A stretch of 63,979 nt of DNA, counting the filler, from Perkinsus olseni (Eukaryota), in assembly GCA_013115125.1 (NCBI GenBank). It is 3 parts of 3 records of this genome, joined end to end, with 100 filler letters (N's around TTAATTAATTAA, not from the genome) between each part and the next. Parts side by side here need not be neighbours in the genome. Positions count along the whole stretch, not along the records: positions 23,561 to 46,996 come from JABANN010000522.1; 2 more parts are not named here. One strand, 5' to 3'. Within the stretch, counting starts at the first letter, position 1. Every line of letters begins with the position of its first letter. The notes beneath the pieces were generated by a model, which saw only the letters and a list, made by a program, of their open reading frames with translations, did no database searches and was not told the origin of the DNA. A program made the position numbers and the translations under genes. Shown one piece after another: positions 23,617-36,288 of this stretch.

Positions 23617-24139
23617 GGTCTGGAAATGGTGTAAGAGGACGTTCTCTGGCCGACCTTCCGCATTACTGAAGAAAGAACGAAGATGATGGATATGGTACCA
23701 TCGGCCACTACTCACAACTTGCTCATGAATCCATTGTAGTCATCAGCCTTGGGGCACAGAACAGTGAGGGTTTGCACTAGGGTGGTCTTCCCAACGCTGA
23801 GGTCCAATGACGTCCAGTCTTGTTTCATGATCCGACCACTCGTGAAGGAGCAGTGAGCGTCTTTATTGTGGACTCTCAGAGTTGTGCCAGTGAGCCGAAG
23901 GAAGTCCTGAGAACAAACAGAGCGTGGAAAGGATACGAAGCCTATCAGCCTAAGAGCTCCTAAAGTAGGACCATGAACCACAGACGATCCTGCACTACCA
24001 CCATCATGACAAGAGCCACCTAGGGGATGAACGTTCTTACATGATCGTTTGGTTGAGGCCCCGCCGCCGCCCCGAGAGAGAGGGGTAGGTTGGCGAGCAA
24101 CGCAGCTACGATGATGATGGGGGATGGTCTAGGGGACAT
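23617..24139 (-). CDS. Secreted protein family copy C, 3'-incomplete at the contig end
   Basis: Signal peptide MSPRPSPIIIVAALLANLPLSRG is nearly identical to copy A. Exon QDFLRLTG...VLCPK...FMSKL is homologous to copies A and B. Confidence 0.7.
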
Positions 24140-24478
24140 TAGAGTAGACTAGACACCCAACCATGAGCTGCAGCGTGGAGAGCATCGTCATCAGTAGCCA
24201 TTACCTACTAGTACCACTACAGGAACGTGGTTATACCACTACTAGCATACTACCACTCGCAACCATATCAGGATCATTTCTGTCTACAAAACCGACCTCG
24301 TGCAACCAAGACGAAAGAAGAACAACTCCCTAGAACACAACAGCCGAGCATCAGCTGCACACAACATCATCATTAGGCATACCCTTCATGGCCGTCGTCG
24401 ATACATCATAGGATTCACAACTTGATGGACAACAATAGACCCAACCCGCGTCCGATGGGAAGCACTACCCACTGTCAT

Positions 24479-25790
24479 CTACGGTTGGATGAAATGCGTG
24501 AAAAGACCCTCTTTTTCGGTCGGCCACCTTCTGGCTATAGCAGTGCCAACGGCCTCCTCGGAGCTGTTGCGATAGGAATCGCAGACACCTCGCATTGTGC
24601 CGTATACCTCCTCTATGGCGACTACTACAGAAGAGCACACTTCTCTCAAAGCCTTGGTTGTCTTCTTTCCACCCTTCAGCTTCTTGAGATCACTCTCGTG
24701 TAGCAATGCAGGAGAAGCTGACGATTTCAAAGGCCGGGCAGCCTTTCGCAAGCTCTGTACTCTCTCGAGCAGGAAATATTTATCTACCTTTCTGAGCGGA
24801 TCCAAGCCAGTAAATTCCGGTGGGGGTCGGTCGAATATGTATTTGCGTTTATCATGCGGTCGACTGGGCCGATAATCCAGAAGGAGGTTATCAGAACGTC
24901 CCTCGTCAGAACTACAGGAAGAGCAAATACTGAGTGACGTAGCTTTTGCCAGCATTGCTTACAACTTGCTCATAAATGCGGTTTGGTTACCGATCTTGGG
25001 GCACATGACGGACATGGTCCGTGGCACGTAGTCCCTCCCAACGCTGACTTTCAATGACGCCCAGTCCTCCTGAAAGGTCGTGCCCGCGGTATAGTAACAA
25101 ATAGGGGTGTTATCTTTGGTCCACAGGGAAGAGACGGACAGCAGGGGGAAGTCCTGAGAGAACAGAAGAAGCGGCGAAGAAGAAGAAGCCTTGATAGCGA
25201 TACGACGACAACGACGGCAGCGGCGGCGGCGATAGGCGGATTTCCTAACATGGCAAATGGTTCAGTCGGAATTCAAAGACTACAACATTAGAATCGCCAT
25301 CGTACACACTGTTGGAGTCACTGTCACGGCAGAGGACGGTGATTCGCCTCTCTAAAACTAAGATAAGTCTTCCAGGCAAGACTGAGCCACCACGGTTACG
25401 CCAGGAATCCACCAAAAAGCGAGAAGTACAAGTCATTCGGGACCCAAGCTGATGTAGAGAGATGACACAGAGAGCTCTCGACGCTGGCCCTCGCTATCAA
25501 TGACAACACTCTGGCAGCTCCTGTGAGGATAGCCTCACCCCCAAGGCGGACTGCACGGACATCCACGGGCTCTTCCTGTAAACAGCAGTAGATCACAATA
25601 CTGCATCGACAGATAGCCACTCTTGAGCGTGTCTTCGGCTACCTCCTCGACCATACACCTGGCCCAAACAAAAGAAGCCTTCAATGAAGCATTTTCGACG
25701 CGCAACCCCATATATCGGATCAAGATGAACTCAACAGCCGAGCAACAACAACAACAACACAGTACACGATAACCTTCCCATACTCGACAT
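24479..25790 (-). CDS. Secreted protein family copy B, multi-exon; function unknown
   Basis: Likely signal peptide MSSMGRLSCTVLLLLLLG. Exons QDFPLLS...VMCPK...FMSKL and RPHDKRKYIFDRPPPEFTGLDPLRKV are homologous to copy A. The 3' end may extend a little further. Confidence 0.7.
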
Positions 25791-25842
25791 GGTATCGATA
25801 CGAAGACTTGATGAATAATAAAGTATCGGTCCAAACATCCAA

Positions 25843-26819
25843 TCACTTCTCGGTGGACTCCTTTTCTGCGCCTTCTTTCATGTTCGGGTCAGGCCTGGTA
25901 ATGTGTTTGATACCCCCGTAGATATGTGAGCGCCATCCGTCCCTGTTGGCGGTGTTCACGGCAGCCTCAACAGAGTCGGCGTAAGTATCACAGGCACCAT
26001 AAAAGGAGCCAAACTCTCCGATCATGCCCCACTTGAAAGTACCACAGACACCCTTCAATTCGGCCAGGGCCTCCTTACCATCCGGCCTGCCACTTAGAAG
26101 ATCATCCGTGACAAGACTGTGGAATGATGGCAATCCGAGCTTCGTAACGGTCGTCGCTAGGGCGGTCATCTTCTCGCGTAAGAGGCCTACAGCGGGTTCT
26201 CCGACTTTCTTTAGCGGATCCGAACCCGTATCCGGAGGGGGGCGCGTATCGAATTGGAACTTGCGTGTGTCATTCGGGGATCGAAGCATCACGTAAGTAA
26301 TGAGGTTTTCAGACCGACTGCACACCGGACAGGCAATGGCGGAACTGCAAGGAAAGCGATACCGAACCACAATACTATCGTCTGCAACTCACAATCTGCT
26401 CTCAAACGACATGCCGCCGGCCTTCGTCTCAGGGCATATGACCGACTTGGTTTCCAATAGGCCGCTCTTTTCAACGCTCACTCTCAGATATGCGTGGCTC
26501 GTTCTCTTGGGATCGTCGCTCTTGAATGTACAGTAAACGGCTTGGTTTCCGCGTGTCATGGAGCTGCCAGTGAGCGGAGGGAAGTCCTGAGGGAGGGCAA
26601 CGGACTCTAATGAGACGCTATTCAACACACTCTACAAGACATCGCCAACAGCAACGTAAACCACATGGAGAGATCAGTGACTATCCACTACCAGCCACCT
26701 ACTGTGATGGACGTTCTTACATCATCGTTTGGTTGAGGCCCAGCCGCCGCCCCGAGAGAGAGGGGTAGGTTGGTGAGCAACGCAGCTACGATGATGATGG
26801 GGGATGGTCTTAGGGACAT
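25843..26819 (-). CDS. Secreted protein family copy A, multi-exon; function unknown
   Basis: Signal peptide MSLRPSPIIIVAALLTNLPLSLG. Exons QDFPPLTG...VICPE and SPNDTRKFQFDTRPPPDTGSDPLKKV...YGACDTY. Confidence 0.75.
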
Positions 26820-27064
26820 TAGAGCAATTACCACTGCAGGAAAGCAGTAGTGACGGTATCGGAGTGAGAAAGCGTCGGGCACATGGGGTTTGCGCACTAG
26901 TTACCATACCACTCAGAGGAGCGTAACCGAGCCCAGCAGGTAGCCAATCTCGGCTTACTCGGCAGGGAAGCACTTCAAATCCCTGTGATCGGAAAATCAC
27001 TCAGTTGGGCAAAATCATTTTTCTAGTTGGCGGAAGCTCAAAATCCTCTGGAAGTTGTTGCGAT

Positions 27065-27161
27065 GCGCCCTGTAGGTGACGGCGGATGGAATTCTCACTT
27101 ATTGCTGGGAGCACTCTGGTGGCAAAGGGCGTGGGTTCGATTCCCACCAGGTGTGCTTTTT
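27065..27161 (+). ncRNA. tRNA-like (type II, long variable arm) Pol III sequence with T5 terminator; pseudo-tRNA or SINE head
   Basis: Perfect T arm GTGGG-TTCGATT-CCCAC. The 5' GCGCCCTG pairs with the 3' CAGGTGT with one bulge. Stem TTCTCA/TGGGAG closes an 8-nt loop. TTTTT is at 27157-27161. The D arm is non-canonical. Confidence 0.6.
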
Positions 27162-27277
27162 GCGTCTCACTTGAATTGAGGTTCGGTGACCTAAGAAGCC
27201 CGGCTCGTCGGCTTTCGGTCCACCAATAGCAGCGGACTCAGTCGTAATCCCGGCACGTTGATGAAGGTCGTACTTAG

Positions 27278-28305
27278 ATGTCTCCCGAGCTTGAACAGCA
27301 TGGCTACTTCTACGGAGGGTGCTCACGGGGAAGCGGCCAACAGCTGGACTTAGAACTAGAGAAGCGCCTTATGGTGGTCCTGGTCCAGTCAAGATGCTAC
27401 TATAGCGACTATGATGAAGTGCCTGATGAGGTTTACCGGGACATATTACTTCGTACAGGCTACTGTACCGGAATGCAAGCTGATGCGCTGGTAGAGTCTT
27501 CCTCTCTGTCCTCGGGACCTCCAAGTGCCGTTCTTCCTCAGATAAGCAAGTTGCCTGTTGTGCTGTTCCACCTCTTCCCTGAAGGTGGAGTGTCTCAGCA
27601 CCCTGATGCTGAAGTTGCGAGGGCTGTCTGTCAGGTCTATCAGGAAGAGACCAGGACATACATGGTAGTAAGGACGGTCGTAGTGCCCTGACGCTCTTCC
27701 TATGGGCGGACCTGGGCTGTGCAATCACGATGCTCTCTCAGGCAGCAGCCACCGGAGGGTCGTCGTCGTCCTTCTGTAAACCATCTTCCGATACCGTCTC
27801 CCCTGACAGAGGGGATGCGGATTACCCGAGAGACTCCTCACCTGAATGGTCCTGCAGATCGTCAGGAGTTGTACCGAGGGCTTCCGCTGATCTTCGGGAC
27901 TCTCAAACGAGACCCGTTAACGTACCGGAGCGGTCCATGGAGTACCGGAAACCGTACCGTGAAGCAGAGCCGTATCCTCGCAGTAGCGGTGGTGGATATG
28001 CTGATATCAGAGCGGCCAACGATAGTCGTATCAATGAGATCAAATTGACCAGAGAGGAGATCGAGATGGAGGTGGCCACGGCTCTGTCGCTTGGTCGCAG
28101 AGTCTTCCGTACCAAGATCGACTGGATACAAGGACATGAGCATGCTCATGATATGGTGACCGGCGAGTACCTCGTGGAGGTCCCCCTTCCCAATGGTGGG
28201 GAATCGAGAAAAGGAGTCTGGTCTTGGGGCTATAAGATAGGTGATATCGACGCTCGTAAATGGTTCCTCAATGAGCCGACGAAGGTCGAAGAAATAAGTT
28301 ACTGA
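27278..28305 (+). CDS. Hypothetical protein, paralog 1, with C-terminal SH3-like motif
   Basis: ILLRTGYCTGMQADALV and KLPVVL..HP..VARAVCQVY are shared with paralog 2. C-terminus reads RVFRTKIDW...GVWSWGY...RKWF...VEEI. Confidence 0.65.
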
Positions 28306-28399
28306 GTCGCTGACGATGCCCTGAGCGTCTGTAGTTCTCTTAAAATGGATTTCGTTTTTATGATGGAGTACTTGCTTTAGTAGTGGTCAATTATTCACC

Positions 28400-29838
28400 A
28401 CGGTGTCTTCGCCACCTGTCGCTGCCACTCGTCATTGCAGCGATCATCGTAGTAGTTCCATGGGAGGGGCCAAAGATGTGCTCAACTTCCACAGGCTTGT
28501 ATGTCATGTTCACAGCATCGTCCCTTCCAGTGCCTCTATCCAGAGACCTGGAGGTTCGTTTCATGTTGTTCTTAGTACAAGTACTGTGGCAAAACCCTGG
28601 GGCTAGTGATGAGGAGTTGGAGGAGTTGTTGATACGCACAGGCTTCTGTACAGGAAAGCAAGCGGAAGTTTTGGTGATGGCTACTACTGCTGAGTTCAAG
28701 TGCCTCTCAACGCCTTGCTCAGTTGGAGAAATTACCGGTCATCTTGCGGTACCTGTATGGGAAAGATGAGGTTGTCGAGCATCCACTCTCGGTCGTGGCT
28801 GCTACGGTATGCCAGGTGTACGAACAAGAGGATGAGCTACGACAGGTATGGCTCGCTAGCAGGATAGATATCATTTGCTCTCTCAGTAGGAGGCTGCAAA
28901 ATCCCTGGTACAGGAGGACGGTGAAGTCGCTAGAGCTGCCCTACCATGCCCATATCCCACCTCAGAGTATGGGTTTGACTTACAGCAGAGCTCTGAAGTG
29001 TTACTATGCCCGACTGGGGAGTACTGGGCATGCTACTCGTGCTGCTTTTTAGGACGATTCGCTGCAGCCTTCCATGTATCAACCGTCTCGACCTTCTGTA
29101 CTCAACCTACCATTAGCTCTCCAGAGCATCCCTGAGTCTGTCCCTAACGTGGTGCCAGCGGAAGAACCTCCTATGTTTGGTGGGCCACAGAAAAATGGGC
29201 GGGTTCCTGCCCGTTCCGCGGCTCGAACTTCCCGTCGAGGAGCCTCACCGGAGAGGTCCGTACCCATTCCGGCGCCAACTGGTGAGGTGAATCGGAAGCC
29301 ATTCTCGGGGACTGGGATTGGAAGACAGCAACAATCACGAGTTGTCGAACACGAGTACAGCGAGCATGCCCAGGGTGTGGAGAGCCGGCGGGCGTATAGG
29401 GGAGGAGTAACGCGGCGGAATGAGACCTCCCCGCCAGAGTCGACTACCAAGATAGCAGAACGGGTTGCTGGGCGGACAGATCGCTCAGAGGAGCACAGGA
29501 CCTATGTTCCGGTGCCTACCGGTCGGTTAAGAACGACTGCAGAGAAGCTGTGGCGAGACTGTTGTTGCGATGCTAGGATACGTGCTATGGGTAAGGAGGA
29601 CTTCGAGATGGCCCTGGCGCTAGCCTTATCGAAGGGGTACCGAGTATTCAGAGCAAAGCGTGATGAGCCAGCACGAGAGGAGTACTCGTCAAGGCAGCAT
29701 GGGCTGAGGACGGGCATGCTGCTGGTGCAGACTAAAGCTGACGATATCTGGGCGTGGGGGTACGCCTTGGATGATCCGAAGTCGATGAAGTACTTCCCGG
29801 TGGATGGCCATCGTGTTGACGAAATTAATATGACTTGA
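28400..29838 (+). CDS. Hypothetical protein, paralog 2, with C-terminal SH3-like motif; start approximate
   Basis: Contains LLIRTGFCTGKQAEVLV and KLPVIL..HP..VAATVCQVY. C-terminus reads RVFRAKRD...DIWAWGY...KYFP...VDEI. Confidence 0.65.
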
Positions 29839-29929
29839 TAAAGCTATTCATATCAGTTTATTCTCTACTCCTAGTCTATGCTGTCGTGTTGTTAAGCATT
29901 CTGTGGTAACCTGCGATAGGGTAATTGTG

Positions 29930-32900
29930 ATGACAGTAGAGCCAACAACAGCTCCACTGACCACCACGAGAATAGGGGCAGCCCTGTGCGGAGAGGACGA
30001 TGTAGGTGGATGGGTGCCAGGCTCTCGTAGACCTACCCATGTGTTACAGATTGCTGATTGCGTGGTGGAGCTGGGGGTCCTGATGATACCATATTACATG
30101 TTCATCCTTATGGTCCCGCTGAGGATACATGAAGTACAAAAAAGCATGTTGTTAGCAGAGCGAAGCTGATCCACAGTTATATTCTTGCGCCCGATCTCTG
30201 CCGCCTAGAAGATGGCCATTTACCAACTTGGTCAAGAGGGTAGGATGTACATCGTGTGATTCACTCTTCTTGTGCGGGCTGGCAGGATCGGTCGCTGTTC
30301 TTGATACCGCTTCTGACAGTTGTAGCTCGGCCGCGCGCCACAGCAGACTAACAGGGGGCTGATATTCTGTGTCGACGAATAGTGCATCATCTTGATGTAG
30401 TTTGGCCTCTGAAACCTTCAGGTATGCTGTGGATTCTTGGCGACTGGTAACGCTGGTATCGCCGCGGCTGCTCTCATGTTTTACGACAAGATCTATGCAG
30501 CATCCTACGTTGTCCTCACGTAACGAAGTCAACCTCCGTGGGAGCATCAACTCATGTCCCTGCTTCAGCCCTCTCATCCACTCATTCTGCTGGTTCATCG
30601 CCCTGGTACTGCTCGACCTGGAATATCGGAGGTGGCTTGCCTCCTCCACTGGGAAAGTGTTAGTGTGGCAGCTCAGATACCTACCTCAGTCGTGGCTGGG
30701 TCTTCGATCATTCTGGCTCCTCACTGGGATAACTAGCTTCGCCCGTGTAGTCTGGCTCTTCGTGTCGTCTCTCGAGAAGACTCCGGTGTAGTGTGTGGCA
30801 GGTTCGCAGCTGACCGGTAACTCACCTCGTGGCAGATACCTCCTCTTGTATCCCTACGAGACTGTAGTACTATCAATACTACTGGCAGCAGCACAGTTGT
30901 TATTGATGTGGATGAGTGTCACCATACCCAGTGATCTGTCCCTGGCGCTGTTCCCTCACATTCAAAGGCTCATGCAGGTGCTCCGGAAAGTCTGAGCGTT
31001 TGAAGAGAAACACGGTCATGTTGCTGCTTAGGCCGGCCGACTGTATCCTTCCTCGGGATCCCAGGGCATGATAGAGCACACCATAGACTCGTGAGCACTG
31101 AGGGCAGCTGAGGCGCTGCTCATAGTTCTATCAGTGGATACTCACCACCAAGTGTTGGCTCTCCCTCGATGCCTTTACCTGCATTCCGTCCCTGCTTGAA
31201 GTTACTGGACGTTCAGGTCGTGGCCAAGATAGGCCCAGCAGGACAAGCTCTTACTGAATATAAGTAGCCAGAGTATACGGCTCGAGATGGTCATAGAACA
31301 GTGAGCGTGATGCCGGAATATACACCGTGTTTTAAAGGGGAATGTTTCCTTCATGTCTGTTAAGAAGGTGAAGGAATTAGGGCTCGTCAGTAAATACCGG
31401 AGTTGTAGGAAACCCTCTCGGCTGGTGCTCTCTATCTGGCTCGTTCATCATCTGCCTTCGAACCTCAGGTTGTTCACCCGAGTCTATCCGCAGGCAGGAG
31501 AGGCCTTCCAGATTACTGCTAAGCGTCGCTTTAAGGTCCTTAAATGGCTCGATGATAGACTTAGGTGCGTGTTCTACTCCCTTGACGAGGAGCACGCATC
31601 GGGCATAGCGCTCCGTCTCCAGGGTCATGTTCGACTACGACCGGTTCCCGGAGTTCCATGCCAAGATGGGCAGCTTCCCTCCGAGGGAAGTTGTTGAGGC
31701 CAACCCCTTCACGCGACAAGTTGGTCTTCGAGAGTGAGTAGCCAAGAGCAAGGCCCTGCAACTGCGCTTCGCTATTCATCGGTGTTCTCTGCTAGGTACT
31801 TCCGGACTCTGTACACCAGTCAGATCTTCATGGTACCGGAGCTCCTAGACATGGTGAGCGAAGGGTGATGACATTCGTTAAGTAGTAACGCTGTTACCGT
31901 ATCGGGTGTGGAAGTACGGTTTCATTAGCGGTGAAAGTTAGGTGGATAGCTATTGGAAAGACGCTCTTTCTATCGGTGTGCTGCAATAAACCGGAACTTC
32001 AATAATTGGGGTACTTACCCAGTAAAAACTGGGATTTCCCCCCGAATTTTAAGCCGTGTATTCCAAAATTATTTGGCACATTTTTCGAGGGACCCTCCGA
32101 GATCTCGGCACCCATTGAGAGTTGTGATCTGAAACTTTGGGGTTATACTCAGTAGGTTACTAAAAGATATACCTTTACATTTCATTTCGTTACTTGTCCC
32201 AGTGGGAGCTGGCGGCGAGAAAAAACGATATTCCAAATCTATTTGGAGGACTGTACGGTCACCGCCACCATCTGGGCCGCCGGTCGCATTCTCTGTGGCT
32301 AGTCAGCTCTACAGCTGACTGGGAGCCGGCCTTGAAGTCGGTTTATGGATTGCAGGACAATGGAGCTTCTGTCCAAGCCAAGATACATAGCTGCCGTCAG
32401 TAACCTGTATGACCAAAATTTGATCATCAAATGGGGGTAGATGCTGCCAGCATCTGCCAGTGCCAGCTATTTGTTGCACTATCCGGGCAAATGTCATGCG
32501 TTTGGTGCAGCCCGAGACTGATGAGGCTGAACACAGTGGGGAGGCAACGCACTACCATTCTTTGACTTAGATCGAGGAGTGGCTGCGGCGAACATGGTTG
32601 CTTGGACTGGATTTGTTGCCGCTGGGTGGACGCAAGCTGGTGGTGGTGTTCAGCAGCCGGGGCAGATTAGCCTGACGGCGATACACACTGCACAAGAGAT
32701 GCTGGCACGTACTATGGCGAATGTTGAAGATCTTGAGGCCGGCTATTATTCGGTTCAGTGCTAAGTGCCACACCTAGCGCGTGAGGGGCTAGAGCACTTG
32801 GGTTTGATAACCGCCTAGGATTGGCATATTACCAGGTCGTAACGTAGAGGTGTACAGCCAATCCATATTGGATAGATCTCGTGGATAGGGGCGGGCATCG

Positions 32901-35900
32901 CCTTGCGCTGCCTTGCGTAAATGATACACGTGGACGTGACTAACGCCTTCAACTCGGTGAGCCACGCCTTCATCGTGGCAAGCATTCTGTCAGTTGGAGG
33001 TCCCTGGATACCCGGTGAAGAGGGTCAGCGCCCAGCTTGCAAACCAAACGGTCTCGCTGCAGTATGGTCCGATGTATAAGGTGTTTGCTCCAGTTCTGGG
33101 TGATCTCAATCTCTACCATTGAGTGGTAAGGAAGTCCACTCAGTGGACTCCACTGCGCGACAAGTACTGTAATCGGATGAGAGTAATTCGTCCTTCAGCC
33201 TGCATAGCGAGCATTGCCACAATAGCAATGCTGCTCGGGCGGGAACTCATCTCAGGACGAGCGAGGAGGTTCGGGCATCATGGCTACTAATAGTGTTGCT
33301 CTCATCTGGGGATTTTCTAAGTGTATTTAGACTCATATCCCTTTTCTATTGTAATCTTGTGTTTATCCCAAATATTCCGAGCTGGCCCATTGTGTGCCGC
33401 TCAGCCGAACTGGGTCCCGACTCGAGGATCTCGAGTTGTGCTTGTATTCTTCTCCTTACGCCTTTTCCCTAAGGTGGGTCTCAATCCGATGAGCGGGATG
33501 AAGCAGTTGAACGCTTTCGTTTGCTTGAGCACCAATCAACTACGAGTGGAGGAGAAGGCGAGGATGTCGATGCGCGGCCGAGGCAGGTATTCCACCTGAC
33601 TCTCCCATAGTATTGCATGGCGAAGCTTAGTAGACGGCTCGCTGTTGGGGCTGACATTGTCATTGTTCTTGCTGGTTCTCTGCAGCGTGGGCTTGAATCT
33701 TTCGGGTACGGGAGAGCAGTTGCAGAGGCTCGGCAGCGCCGCCACGTCCTCATACAACCGCTTGGAGACTCGAGGATCTCCAACGAGTGAGTGCTGATCC
33801 AACGGTGGGCCCCCGGACATCATGTTGAATCCTCTCGAAATGAGAGTCTCGATTGTGAGTCTGTGCAGATACCTCTACCCTGAACGGTCTCCCAGCGCCC
33901 TTCTCTCTGCCGGGAGTTGAGGAAATATCGACTTCTTTCCTCGGCGTGAGGACCAAAGTGACCGGGTACGTAGCGATATGCCCGGGCGATAGACCAGTGA
34001 ACTCACTGAGAAGGACACGCAGCGAGCTGAAGCAGTCCACTGGAGGTCAGGCGAACGAGGCTCTCGAATCAAACCCAGGAACCTACGTAGTTCTTTGCTT
34101 TAGTTTGTAGTTTTCAGACGTGTTGCCATCGTCTATAATCTACTACGATATTTCAACAGAGATCCCTACCAGTGATATCGTTTACTTTTCCTCTCATCGC
34201 TATAGTGAGTTCGAGACCCTGGCTCTGCGACTGAGGTGAGGATATTGATATAGTCCGCTCATGTTCGGTTGCCAAGGCCAGCTTGCTAGTTGCCCTAGTC
34301 TTGTTTGCTAGCCAGTTGCCTTGGCTACCTCGCTAGTTGTTGCTCGTCTTTTTGTAGAGACTTCCTCCAAGTGCGGCTGATAGTTAGCCTTCCGGCCAAG
34401 CTCAGGATGCCTGGCGTCAGCAGGACAGCCTTTCTCGAACAGTAGGAGCTGGCTGCAGTGAGCAGCATTGCGCGCTACAGTCGATGTATCAGGAGACGGG
34501 AGAACCTGGAGCACTTTCTCCGTGGGCTCCTCGCTGATCCCGCTGTCTGCCACTGTCTACTACTTTGGGATTTCCTCAATGTGAGTTAACGTGTATTATC
34601 CTTCTCCTGGTCGAGACGGACCAAGTGCCTCCGATCGGCTCCATTTCTAGCGTTCTTGGGTTCCGCTGAGCAGTAGGGCTGATCCAGGTACCCCGATCGG
34701 AGTTGGATCATCTCCTAGATCCTTTCTGGGGGAATGGGACAGCTGAGGCTCTCGGGCCGGGCCGGTAGGAGCCTGGGGGCCGTAACCACTTTCTGCAGCA
34801 CTGCTCAATTGCAGGCCTCTTTCACCATCGCAGTCACCGCGAAGATTCAGCAGCAGCTTGGACACAGGGCGGGTACGCCCTGCAATTTTACCCAATGGTC
34901 GCCAATGGATAACGTTTGCGAGTGCTCATTCTTTCAGGCCAGCCACAACAACTACGCCACACTACGGAGTAGCACTATCCTCGTGAGGCGTTCTCTGGAT
35001 CGGGCGTCTCCCAGTAAGCTCTGGATGTCTGTCCCTCCCGGAGTTGCGTGCTGACAGGCCCTCTATCATCTATGGCCCTGTCTCGGGACACCTCCCTGAG
35101 CGGACTGTTCGGCATGTCGGCACCGCAGAGTATGGGAGTGCTTCCCGAGACTCTGGAGGAATCTCCTTCGCTGGGCCTCGAGGATTCCACCCAGAGAGCT
35201 GAGCTTGTGCTGTACCATTACGATATTGACTGTCTACCTGAAGCTCACCCGAAAGCCTTCTTCGTCCTCAAGTGCGCTCTCGCTTCGAATTCCTAGATTA
35301 TTTTGCACGTCTTAGGCTCTTCCGGCCTTCAAATGGCAGCGTAGATCCGTACACCGACCAATGGGTGCTGCTGCTGCAGCGACGGTACTCCGAGTTCAGA
35401 GACCTTTACCAAGCTCTCCATGCTCATTTCGCGCACGACCCTCAGGCACGGAAGGTGAGAGCTTGGGCTGATTTGCTATCTATCTCCTCCGCGAATCTTC
35501 AACCTTCGTTTGACTGGAGGCATCACAGTCATCCGACGTGTCTGCTCTATTGTGTGTGACCGCTGAGTTCGATACTACCGAATGAAACCGCGCAGCTGCA
35601 GTTGGCGAAGGAAATGTGAGAGTATCCGGGATGATGCTGCTCGGCTGGTCCATCCAGTGCTGAATACACCATTTCTGTGCTAGACGATTTCCTACAAGAT
35701 ACTCAACGACTTGGCGTTCCCTATGAAAGCGTTGTCACATCGAGCTGACCTTGAAAAGGCACAGAACGAGGAGCGTGCGCAAATGCTAGGCCAGTGGATA
35801 GCGGTAGGCTTCTCATCCCAAGGCTTCGCATACCTCCTCTCTCCCTAGGGAGTCGTGTCGTGTATCGACATCCTCGGCTGCCCAGTGCTGGAGGACTTCA

Positions 35901-35953
35901 TGAAGCGGGATGACGTTGGGTCCCGTCAGCTCAACACGGCTGCTGCTCACTGA
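29930..35953 (+). CDS. Multi-pass membrane protein with three PX-like (phox) domains; single-gene model inferred
   Basis: N-terminal hydrophobic exons include VLMIPYYMFILM, SFCWFIALVLLDLEYRR and SWLGLRSFWLLTGI. PX-like motifs are KRRFKVLKWLDDRLR..FPP (about 31520-31800), HRYSEFETLALRL (about 34195) and RRYSEFRDLYQAL..FPMK (about 35380-35900). Confidence 0.65.
32570..33080 (+). mobile_element. Degenerate non-LTR reverse transcriptase remnant
   Basis: WTGFVAAGWTQA...QISLT resembles RT domains 1-2. IHVDVTNAFNSVSHAFI resembles the domain 3 DxxxAFDxVxH motif. Stops and frameshifts are present. Confidence 0.7.
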
Positions 35954-36288
35954 TCATCTGGACTTTGTTCCTATTCAGTTGCTATTGACCTTCCCTGTTG
36001 TTGTTTCCAGTACCATTCACATGAGCTCAGTTGATCTGCTGGATTGTCGCACTACGGGCGGGGCAACATTCGCTCTTTTCCATGCATTACAGTCATCTGC
36101 TTCCCGACCGGTGGTATCCTTGACCCTCAAGGCTTTTCCTCACTTTGCTGCTCATGGCAGTGACAGCGTCAGCGCAGTCGGATGATCCTCACATGGTTCT
36201 GGCTGATGCCGTCCGTCAGGAGCTCGAGAGTTCGTCCAACTTCGAGGCGAAGTTGGCGAACATGTGGGATATGTAGGCACATACGATA

